Shown: in pieces, positions 38,501-49,329 of the stretch | Position numbering within the stretch: position 1 is the first letter of the stretch | Layout of the letters: every line of letters starts with the position of its first letter | Assembly: GCA_002104905.1 (NCBI GenBank) | Contig: MCFE01000403.1 | Location: 17,073-81,072, forward strand | Source: Basidiobolus meristosporus CBS 931.73 | Taxonomy: Eukaryota > Fungi > Basidiobolomycota | Direction: 5' to 3' | Length of the DNA stretch: 64,000 nucleotides | Made by a program: the position numbers and the translations under genes | Notes under the pieces: model-generated | Database searches by the model: none | Seen by the model: only the letters and a program-made list of their open reading frames with translations | Told to the model about the DNA's origin: nothing

Positions 38501-41500
38501 TGCTGGCTTTGAGCCATGGTAGTCATTCCTTGTTGTTGCTGACTAAGGATCTGGAGTAACTGTTACTGCTGGGCCAGGATTTGCTGCCTAGCATTCTTCC
38601 ATTCTTGATTTTTGGACATCTTGAGGGAGGCTTCTTCTTTCTTGAGGAGGGAGGTCTCTGGCTATTGCTGCTACCAATGTTACAAGTCTTGGTATAGAAG
38701 TTATAGAGGAATAGGGAGCTTAGCTAGTATTGTATTCACTAAAACCTGAACTGATCTTTATTGAGGTTCCAGCAGCTCCTCATATATATTTTGCCAGATC
38801 AATTGTTGACTAATTGTATTTCCTAATGTAGATTGTGGCTGATGACTTATTTGATTGCATCATCATCACCCAATAAGATCCTACTTAATATTACTATTGC
38901 TGTCTGATAAGGATCTGCTGATTTATATGCTGACTAATGCTACTGATTTGATAAATAATACTGACATACTGATAACCTAAATATATACTAATTGATATGA
39001 CTGAAAACTGATCTAACTTAAACATTCAAGTGGTGTGGTGGTGTATAAGTCCAAGGGAGAGATAAGTCCAACACTTCTCAAGTGTTTTGTGTGTGGGGTG
39101 TTCACTGGGTGCAATAACCTGTGGCAAAAGCTTGCTAAGAATACTTGGGTTCTGTCTCTAATCTAATGTGAAGGGTAATAAAGCCACAAGCTTGTCAAGG
39201 GAAAACTATTGAGCTACAATCCCCAACTTAGTTGGCGTCTTCACAAAAGTAGGTGCTGGGTTCAGCGTCCTTTGAGATGACAATGTACTAAAGCTTCCAA
39301 AGTCAAAACAACTGTAAACTCCACCAGCAGGGACTTGATAAGAATGCAGCTGTGGTCAATAGTTACATAGACAGAAAAGTATCTTTGCCTGTACAAGAAC
39401 AAACTTGGGAAAGAATCAAATGTAATAAAAGATACCTACACTTAGTATTCCTCACAAGTAGTGCCTCCAAGGTCAGTTGGCTGTCAGCGCGGTTTCCTGC
39501 AAGTGTCCTGTGGTCTAGGATTGGAAGTTCAGGTAGCAGCAGGTAGCAGTGATCACACTAATCAACAAGTTGGTATATTGATAAAAGGGATGATGATTTA
39601 TTGTTGAGGGATAGCCTCCCTTATATACTTTTCTCACTGGCTAAGTGATTACTAATCATGGTGTTCCAGAAGGTTCCAGATATTGTAGAAGTCTTAATGA
39701 CACCAGAATGACCCAAGAATGTTCCAAGTAGGTGCTGGAAGGTTCTAAGAGGCACAGCACATCCAACCAATCAGGAATCAGTATTCTGAAACCTGTGAAA
39801 CATAGGGATACCATATATGGTATGGAAATGGTAGGGATGGTGCCACAGGTGGATCATATGTCACAGGTACTGGCGCGGGTACCTGCCTAATATAGAAGTA
39901 CTTAAAGCTAGTAATCTTACATAAAGTGAGGGGTAACTAATGCAATAAGGTAAGCAGGTGTGATAGTCAACCGGCTTATGGGATAGTACTGATTGGGTAA
40001 GACAAATGGGATAAAACTAAAATAAGTGTAGTAGAGATATAGGGAAGTAGGAAATAAGGGAATGAGCACATCTGTCAGTAGGTGTCACTGCCACCCCACT
40101 ACATCCACCCCCCTCTCAGCTTTGAACTTGGGTCAAAGCAAACTAATCTTGATGTGCAAAATTCCTATGCTTGAATAACTTAAGTCAGTTTCCAGCAACT
40201 GGTGCTCTCAACTGGGTGTTGTCAAGGTCAGATATCTAATAACTTCCATTTCCAATCACTTTGGAAATGAGGTAGGGGCCAGTCCATTTGTTGTCAAACT
40301 TCCGACTCCATTTTTGTCCAAGGTGGAATCATAGGGTAATACTGGGTCTCCTAGTGATAGTAGCTTTGGTCTTGTTGGGTGTGATTTGTCAAATGGCACC
40401 TTGTTCTTCAGTTGTATATCCTTAAGTTGTTCAGCAGCTATGCTGATATTCAAGTCATGGTGATCAAGTTGCTGTATGCAAGTTGCAAGGAGGTCTTCAG
40501 TCTGCATATTGGATCTCTAATTCAATGAGTTTAAAGTGATGGTGTTTAACTCAACTGGTAGTATGCAGTCATGTCCATAGAGTAGCTTGAATGGCAATAA
40601 TTCAGTTGTTCTCATGGTAGTAATTCTATCTGCCCAGAGTGCAAGATGTAATTGTTGTGGCCACAGTGTTGTGTTATTCTCACAGGTCTTGACAAGAGAG
40701 TCCACCAATGGTCCATGTCCTCTCTCTATCATTCCATTGGCTTGAGGGTGGTAAGCTGTTGTAAAAGCAATGTGTATCTTGTACTTTGAGCACAACTGCT
40801 GGATCATTTGGGATGTCATCACTCCTGTGTCAGCAACAAGTTTTTGGATGCAGCTAAATCTGCAGATAATGTCTTCTAGTATAAATCTCCATAGGGTATA
40901 GCTCTTGTTGTTGGGCAAGGCTTGAGCCTCTGCCCATCCACTTAGGTCATCTCTAGTAACAATCAGGTACTTTTTTGATCCAGCTGTTGGTATGTGGACA
41001 AGGTCAATACCAACCTTTTGCCATAGACAGATTGTGTAAGTAGGATGCAGTGGTTCTTCATAACGCTTGGAAGATCTCTTCTGGAAGGCTACCCATGACT
41101 TTACAAAGTGTTGGATATCACAGTACATGTTTTCCCAGTAGTACCTCTGAGCTGTGGTATTGTAGGTGGCTTCTTGTCCTCTATGTCCTCCTGGTTCTCC
41201 TTGGTGGATACTTGTCATGATGTTCAGTTGCTCTTGTGGGGTAGTGACTACTCTTCTTGGCATAAGTCCAGGCTTCACTTGCTTGAAGAGAAGATCATCT
41301 TTGAGATAGTAGTGGTATGCCTACTTCCTGAGTTTTCTAAACTCCTGAATTTCCATCCAACTAGGTTTCTTAAGTGTCCTTAGATATTCCTTGATCAGAC
41401 TTCAGGTAGTTCTCTGATGGTCTTTGATGGCAATCTGTTGGATCTCTGCATCAATAATATCATCAAAGTGAGAATCCAAGTCTTCAAATAATTGTGGTCC

Positions 41501-43964
41501 CTTCCTGGAGAGTGCATCAGCCACAACATTTGTCTTGCCAGGGATATGTCTGACCTCAAAGTCAAACATTTTCAGCCATGCCATCCATTGGTTTGTGGCA
41601 TCATCAGGTAGGTCAGGCTTGTTGATCATTCCTATAAGTGGTTTGGCATCTGTCTCCAGGATGAAATGTGTCATGTAGAGTTGTGACTTCAGTTTCCTCA
41701 GCATCTTCACAACTCCTAGCAGCTCTCTCTTAATCTGTGAGTATCTTTGTTCTCTAGGAGAGAATAGGCAGCTCTCATATCTGCAGGCATAGTGGTTGCC
41801 ATCTTCATCATCTTGGCCAAGTAGTGCTCCAGCTCCTATAACGCTTGCATCCACTGTCAAAATAGGTGGTCATTCAGTGTTCTGATAGTCAAGAGGTCAT
41901 AGAACTAGTGGAGATACCAAGGCCTCTTTCAGTAATTGCATGGCTTCTTCTTGCTCTTCTCCCCATATAAAAGGGTTATTCTTTCACTGTAGTTGGTAGA
42001 TTGGTTCTGCTATCTCAGAAAATCCTGGGATCCAGATCCTAAAGAACCCACAAGCTGCTACAAAGCCACAAGCTTGTGTTAGATTTGTGGGGGTAGGCCA
42101 GTTGCATATCTTTTGTGTCTTGGAGTCTCCAGGTGAACAACCAAGGGTGTTGCATTTTTGTCCAACAATGGATATCTCTGATACACCAAAGCTGCTTTTC
42201 TCACCACTGATGGTGAGTCCAGCTTCTTCAATGGCTCCTACTACAACATCATTGTCTGAAATATGGTCATAGACAAACTTTCTTACTCCAGGCATAACTT
42301 CAGTGGCATCCCGGGTTTTTGGTCCTTTGATGCCTATATCATCAGCAAAGACAGCAAGTTTTTCAGGTATAAACTGGTACAGCCCATTCACCATGCATCT
42401 CTGGAACTGAGCCATGGAGTTTGTAGCCCCTTGGCTGAGTCTTGTCATCCTTAAAAGTCCAAATGGTGTCTGTAGTGCAAACATATCTCTTGATGTCTCA
42501 TCATGGGGAATCTAGTCATATCCTGAGTAGAGATTGTATGTTGAGTAGATGGAGTGACCACTAAAGCTTTCTGCAAAGTCATCAATAGATGGAGGTATAG
42601 CAGCATCTCTGATAGTGACAGCATTTGCAGGTTGCATGTCTTAAATGAATTGGAGCATTCCATTCTTCTTTTTGGTTACAAACCATCTGTTAGCATAGGG
42701 TCCATGGCAAGGTTCTAGGATACCAGCTTCTATCTTCTTCTTAAGTAGGTCATGCACATAAGCTTGGAGTCCTCTGGGCAGTGGGTAAGGCTTAATGACC
42801 AGGGTGTGTGGGCCACTGTATGAATCTTGATGGGTTTTTCAACCAATGTCTTTAAGAACCCTATCTCCTTGTCATTATATGAGAAAACCTTATCATGCCT
42901 TTTCAAGGTTTCTTCAAATAATAGTATCTCCTCTGGTGTAAGGTTTCCATTACCAATGATAAGTTGCTTAAGTCTCTCAGGTATAAGTTGTATATCTTCT
43001 GGTGTTTCTTCTGGGGGTCTAATGTAATCAGCAGGTTGAGATCCATCAGTCAAAGGGGTAAGTGATGGTCTAATCTTCTGTTCTACTGTCTTGTATTTTG
43101 TCCAAACCATAGCTGTCTGCTCCTGTATACCTAATGAGTAGCTCCAAATGTTGGGGTGTATATTGTCAGGCTCATCATCTTCTTACATAACAAGATGTGT
43201 CTTCTGGCAAGCAGTATGTGTCCTCTTATTGTTGGGTGTTACACCACAGATGGTTGACTGTAGTCCTGGGTTGGATCCTTGTATGGTGTACCATACTGAC
43301 CCATTGGAATAGTTGGTGGTTATAGCCTTAGTACTGGTTTCCCATGGTCTACCTAGCAGAAGGTCAAAGTTTGCCTTCTGGCAGATGAAGAGGGGAAGCC
43401 ATACCTTGATTCCTTGTACCTCAATTGGGAACTTGTGTACTACACCATAGAGTGGACTAGATCCTGAGTTTACATCAGTCATGTTCTATCCAGTATCTCT
43501 ATCAACAGGCAGTAGCTCCTTGCTTCTAAATGTCTTCCAGAAGTCTAGCGGCATAACACAAATCTCTGAGCCACTGTCAATTTGGCAGTCAACAGGGTCA
43601 TCATATATATACCTTTTCACCACAGCAGTTGGGACTGATTAAAAGGTCTTATATTCAGTAGTGTTGTCATCCTTTGGTGGTCTTCATGGTTTGTCTGAAT
43701 TATATGGGTGTCCATATGTTCATCAGCTTGTTGTATTGTTCTAAGCTGCTCATCAAAGGTCTTCCTAACAGATGGGGATACACTCATGATTTCTCCAACC
43801 AACAAAGTGAGGTTTTGCTTCAGCAGCTTCTCAGTAATCAGTTGAGGGCTTGAGTAGCTTGCTATCTTTGAGGTCATCTGAAAGTGAGGCAAGGTATCTT
43901 GGGTGGGAAGCATACTAGGCCTCTTGTCAATAACAACTTCAGGTTCTTCATATTGTGGTCTTCT

Positions 43965-44313
43965 TGTTGTAAAAATTTGTAATTCCACCTAAATATTCAC
44001 TTAACTTAGTCACTTAGATTATTACCCTCAAATCCTAGAGAATACTGACCAAATTCCTTGTTGGGATTTACTTAGAATATTTTCACCAAAATACCAGGTA
44101 CCCAGAACATGAAAATTCTCAAAGTTGTCCATACAGCCCCAAACTTTGCACAGATGTTCTTGGGACCTTCCTTAACCTATTCTACATGTTTGTAATGCCC
44201 AGACCAGGTAAAAGTATAAATACTACTTTTACATTCAATAAATCATTAAGTGAAAACCACATAATCTACTTGTTCTCAAAATCACTTCCAATATCTCCAA
44301 GACTCTTACACCA
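43965..44313 (+). mobile_element. Solo LTR of Copia family D inserted in the Gypsy A gag-pol
   Basis: 349 bp, highly similar to 9127-9475. 5-bp TSD CTTCT (43960-43964, 44314-44318). Removal restores ...KPILRRPQYEE. Confidence 0.92.
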
Positions 44314-45199
44314 CTTCTAAGGATGGGTTTGGCAGGTTCTTCAGGGAGGTGTCTTTTGGTAGCAAAGGCATTAACTTTGTATTGTCAGTTGTCAGGGCTG
44401 CTTGGATTCACTTTATGAGTCCCAATAGGGGCATCAACAGTAATCTTTCTGGTTGCTGAGTCAGATTTCTGAAAAAGGGCTCTCATCCCTCCTCTTTGGA
44501 AATTAGTGGGAATCCTTCTTCCTTCCTTGTCAGCTAGCATTCCATCAGCATCAAGCTGTACTGCTCCTTCTCTGAGTAGCTGACTAAGCTCTGAGCATTC
44601 TTGTCTAGCATGCTGAGTAGAGTCACACCAGATGCAGTGCCTGGGCAAAGGTCTTTGGCCCTCAGTATCAACCTCAGCTGAGCCATTAATCTTGAGGGCT
44701 AGATTTTGTAGCTGTTCAGCAAGTTGGTCAATTCTGTCAGTAGTGTAGGTCTGATTGTCAGCAGCAGCACTCCTTGGCTCCTTGGTTGACTGGTCTGGCA
44801 GATTAGATGTCAGGAGTCTCATAAAGGTAGAAGTTTGCATTGCCTCTAGGAGAACGTATTTCATCTCTGCAAAGCAAGGAATGCCTCACTTGTCATCCTT
44901 GGCTGCATGTAGGTCAACTTTCCTTGCCAAGTCTTGGGGAAGCCCTTGTGCAAGGTAAAGTGTCATGGTAAACTCAGTTATAGCCTGGGACTCTAGGAGT
45001 GGCTTGGCCATATCTTCATATTGTTGAATGAACTCTTCAAGTGGTAGCTTCAAAAGTCCAGTTCTTCCAAAGTGTCTGAGGTCTTCAATTCCATTGTATA
45101 TCTGGGGTCTACCATACTTGGTCTGTAGGTAGGTCTTCATTAAGGCCCAGTTAGTGAGAATGTCTCCTTGTCTGAGAAGCTTAGTGGTAATATCATTGG

Positions 45200-46268
45200 C
45201 GTAGTGGGGTGACAGTGACACCCACTGACAGATGTGCTCATTCCCTTTTTTCTACTTCCCTATATCTCTACTACACTTATTTTAGTTTTATCCCATTTGT
45301 CTTACACAATCAGTACTATGCTATAAGCTGGTTGACTATCACACCTGCTTACCTTATTGCATAAGTTACCCCTCACTTTATGTAAGATTACTAGCTATAA
45401 GTACTTCTATATTGGGCAAGGACCCGCGCCAGTACCCACAACACATGATCAACCCTTGACACCATCCCTACCATTTCCATACCATATATGGTATCCCTAT
45501 GTTACACAGGTTTCAGAATACTGATTCCTCATTGGTTGGAGGTGCTGTGCCTCTTAGAACCTTCCGGCACCTACTTTGAACATTCTTGGGTCATTCTGAG
45601 GTCATTAAGACTTCTACAATATCCGGAACCTTCTGGAACACCATGATTAGTAATCACTTAGCCAGTGAGAAAAGTATATAAGGGAGGCAATCCCTCAACA
45701 ATAAATCATCATCCCTTTTATCAATATATCAACTTGTTAATTAGTGTGATCACTGCTACCTGCTGCTACCTGAACTTCCAACTGCATACCACAGGACACT
45801 CCCAGGAAACCGTGCTGACAGCCAACCAACCTTGGAGGCAGTACTTATGAGGAATACTTAGAGTAGGTATCTTTTATTACATTTGATTCTTTCCCAAGTT
45901 TGTTCTTGTACAGGCAAAGATACTTTTCTGTCTATGTAACTATTGACCACAGCTGCATTCTTATCAAGTCCCTGCTGGTGGAGTTTACAGTTGTTTTGAC
46001 TTTGGAAGCTTTAGTACATTGTCATCTCAAAGGATGCTGAACCCAGCACATACTTTTGTTACAACGCCAACTAAGTTGGGGATTGTAGCTCAATAGTTTT
46101 CCCTTGACAAGCTTGTGGCTTTATTACCCTTCACATTAGATTAGAGACAGAACCCAAGTATTCTTAGCAAGCTTTTGCCAGAGGTTATTGCACCCAGTGA
46201 ACACCCCACACACAAAACACTTGAGAAGTGTTGGACGTATCTCTCCCTTGGACCTATACACCACCACA
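45200..46268 (+). mobile_element. Solo family A LTR inserted antisense into family A gag
   Basis: Reverse complement of 39034-40103. TSD TTGG (45196-45199, 46269-46272). Removal restores ...FPYYCTNDITTKLL. Confidence 0.92.
45675..45705 (+). promoter_or_regulatory. LTR-A TATA box (TATATAA, 45675-45681) and polyA signal (AATAAA, 45700-45705)
   Basis: The TATA element is present in the A and B LTR copies (AATAAA is altered in some). An upstream ATTGG (CCAAT) element is present. Confidence 0.55.
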
Positions 46269-46539
46269 TTGGTGCAGTAGTAGGGGAAGTCTTCAGCCAT
46301 TTCTTGTTCAGATAGGCTGCACATCTTGCAAAGCTTCTCCCATTTGAATATGAAGCTTTCCACATTCTTTCCATCAAACTGTGGGGCTCCATGTGAGAGT
46401 GGTAATGGCATAGAATTCATTTTGGGCAGGTAGGTCAGTGTTGTAATCATGAAAATATTGGTAGTCTTGTTTCAAGATGTGGATAGTAGCTCAAATCTTC
46501 AGGTAAATCTTGTTAGGTCCTAGGGAGCTTGTATGATCC

Positions 46540-46556
46540 CCCCACATTGGGTGCCA
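46540..46556 (-). other. Primer-binding site of Gypsy A, tRNA-Lys(CUU) type
   Basis: TGGCACCCAATGTGGGG lies 4 nt inside the 5' LTR. It differs from the canonical Lys PBS TGGCGCCCAACGTGGGG only at the two CpGs. Confidence 0.75.
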
Positions 46557-47018
46557 ATTCTGTGGTGGTGTATAAGTCCAAGGGAGAGATACGTCAGCGC
46601 TTCTCAAGTGTTTTGTGTGTGGGGTGTTCACTGGGTGCAATAACCTCTGGCAAAAGCTTGCTAAGAATACTTGGGTTCTGTCTCTAATCTAATGTGAAGG
46701 GTAATAAAGCCACAAGCTTGTCAAGGGAAAACTATTGAGCTACAATCCCCAACTTAGTTGGCGTTGTAACAGAAGTATGTGCTGGGTTCAGCATTCTTTG
46801 AGATGACAATGTACTAAAGCTTCCAAAGTCAAAACAACTGTAAACTCCACCAGCAGGGACTTGATAAGAATGCAGCTGTGGTCAATAGTTACATAGACAG
46901 AAAAGTATCTTTGCCTGTACAAGAACAAACTTGGGAAAGAATCAAATGTAATAAAAGATACCTACACTTAGTATTCCTCACAAGTAGTGCCTCCAAGGTT
47001 AGTTGGCTGTCAGCGTGG

Positions 47019-47827
47019 TGTGGTGGTGTAGAGGTACTCCTGGGAGAAGCTACACAACTCAAGGTGTGTGAGGTGTCTAATGGGTGCAATAACCTCTGTG
47101 TCTAAACTGCTGGTGACTTTGTCAATATGTCACTAAGGTAAAAGCTCCTACTTCTCTAGCTTCCTAGGTGCTCCAAGTATCTCCAAAGGCCTCTGTGTGT
47201 CTTGTGCACTACCCTGAAAAGCTCCTTGATGACAGGTCTGAGATGTACTGTTGAAGGCGGGTGCCGTGATCAACTGCTAAGCAATAAGGTAGAAGTGTTA
47301 CTGATAGAAGGGATGATTTGTTGATGAGGGATTGCTTTCCCTTAAATACTTTTCCTGATTGCCAAGTGATTACTAATGACAAGGTTCTAGAAGATTCTAG
47401 GCATCAGTGGAATTCTTGATGACATCATTATAAGCTAAAAATATGCCAAGAATGTCCTGGAAGGTTCTAAAAGGCACAGCACATCCAACCAATCAGGAAT
47501 CAGTAGTCTGAAACCTGTGCAACATAAAAATACCATATATGGTATTGAAATGGTAGGGATGGTAACACAGACCTATGTCATGTGTCATGGGTACTGGCGC
47601 GGGTACTTGCCTAATATAGAAGTACTTAAAGCTAGTAATCTTACATAAAGTGAGGGGTAACTAATGCAATAAGGTAAGCAGGTGTGATAGTCAACTGGCT
47701 TATGGGATAGTACTGATTGGGTAAGACAAATGGGATAAAACTAAAATAAGTGTAGTAGAGATATAGGGAAGTAGAAAATAAGGGAATGAGCACATCTGTC
47801 AGTGGGTGTCACTGTCACCGCACTACA
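47019..47827 (-). mobile_element. Chimeric LTR: B-type for 47019 to ~47580, A-type from ~47597 to 47827
   Basis: Left part matches 21339-21900. Right part matches 39870-40103, including variants specific to that copy. Confidence 0.85.
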
Positions 47828-49329
47828 GTGGCAGATCATAACACTTGCATGGTGTAGTTGATGGAGTTTCTAACAAGATTGTAATTGGTTCAGGAACTTT
47901 ACACAAGTATATGTCAGAGCAATTTGCCATGAAATCTGCAATTAACCTGGAACCAACAGAATGAATTGCAGTCTCAACATTTGATTTTATTACACATATT
48001 ATCTGCACATACTATCTCTGAACTATTTGTTCATTTATCATGGACATAATATTTATTGTGTTTGCCACTGTACCTCATCATCTTGTTAATAGCTGGTACA
48101 AGTTGACACCATACTTGCCAATACTGAAGGTGATGATGTGATGAAGCTGTACTCGTTGCAACAAATGTCAAAGCAAGCTGCTGTTCAACCATTTTTCTGC
48201 AGTTGCTTGTGGTGGGTTTAGCTGGGAACCCAGAGACTTTGCTTTATTTATTGGTGGTATTCATATGGAAGTGAGTAAAACCAAAGGGGAAATAGTTTTA
48301 CATATATGAGTGAATGTGAAGCTACAGCATTATTAGTACTACTCATTATAGTAGGTCCTTACAAAAAATTCAATCATCTAAGTGCAATGTTTTAAGCATT
48401 AGACTCTCTAGGGCTCACATGACTATTGATAAGAAAGTGGGATAATAGCATTACATTGCTGAATTGCAAGCTGTTTACCTCATGGATAAAACCACTTTGA
48501 TTCAATGCCATTGAAGAAGAGAATTAAGGCTATAGGGCCATTGTACAAACCTCCCTTCTATGATGCATTGGAACAGTATAGTAAATATTACAAGGAGCAG
48601 AGCTAATGCTTTGTCATTCAAGTCATAGTTGGGAGCTGATTATTATCTACTGGACCTGCAATTTCTGACCAGGTCACTGATGCTTCTCTAAATGGACTAA
48701 GCTGCATTTGTCAATTTGTGCAATCTGAATCAGGTGAGTTTGTGATGGCTTTTGGCTTATCTCAGCTGTATATATATGGCTGCAGAGTTGTAGCTGTGAC
48801 AAAGTAGGCTCACTGATGGATTGTGAGCTTATCTTACCTCTCAATAGTACCCAGCATGAGACTGGTAAAACCCCAGCAGGTAATAAGACAACACTGGTAG
48901 AAGAAACGCAAAGGATATTGTATGATGTCAACAGAGCCCAGCAGTATAATTACTGGTGAATGACACAATATTGTTTCTAGAGATGAGGCATGTTTCTACC
49001 ATTACTTGTAGTGGGGCTTTGAGGATTTACTCCTAACTCTTGCCAAATCGTTTCAGAATGCAACTTGCCATGTACTTGGCATCAATGAGCAGCTATAATG
49101 TTGCTGGCAACAAATGATAGAGAGACCACCCTGAAACTAGCATATGTTAACAGTTTCAAGGCTCTCACATCAGAAATTCCACCATTGCAAGATGTTGAGC
49201 TTATTGGCAATTTAACACCATAAGAGGACAATCTTAAACCCTCCATATGTATTCCAGTATTACCTCATCTAAGGAAGCACTACCAGTGCAACAGATATTG
49301 TGAAGGTATAAAATACTGCAGTGTCTTTC

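Larger units (their letters stand above)
39034..47827 (-). mobile_element. Full-length decayed non-chromoviral Ty3/Gypsy family A (Ylt1-like RT motifs); 3' LTR 39034-40103, composite 5' LTR 46561-47827
   Basis: TSD GTGG (39030-39033, 47828-47831) and PPT 40104-40118. gag CIWCDSTQHARQEC, protease IDSGS, RT GLLRMTRLSQGATNS...FADD, RNase H, integrase WQKVGIDLVH, GPY motif, no chromodomain. The clade label is from memory of motifs only. Confidence 0.92.
34111..47843 (-). mobile_element. Full-length decayed Ty3/Gypsy family C (3' LTR 34111-34478; 5' LTR 38678-39033 plus 47828-47843)
   Basis: TSD CTTG (34107-34110, 47844-47847), PBS TGGTAGCAGC and PPT AGGGGAGAA. gag CFNCHQQGHIAKYC, protease IDSGA, RT YLDD (36315-37277), RNase H (35793-36212), integrase (34630-35703). 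Confidence 0.93.
32745..47990 (+). mobile_element. Old Gypsy family C copy (LTR ~32745-33114, PBS TGGTAGCAG, gag, protease start), split by the younger C element
   Basis: gag zinc knuckle region CYRHEHISRKC (ORF 33868-34062). The frame ...RKLIYL resumes after 47843 as LHGVVDGV...GSGTLHKYMSEQF (protease). Confidence 0.75.

Noticed and set aside
40104-40520. Chromodomain at the end of the Gypsy A integrase (also checked for family C at 34479-34640)
   Set aside because: Both reading frames end within ~45-55 residues after the GPY/GP motif and run into the PPT, with no chromodomain motif.
8244-47847. CpG target preference for Gypsy family C
   Set aside because: Its sites (CTTG, GTAG, ATGC/ATAC, CATG) share no consistent CG core, so the preference is claimed only for the A/B family.
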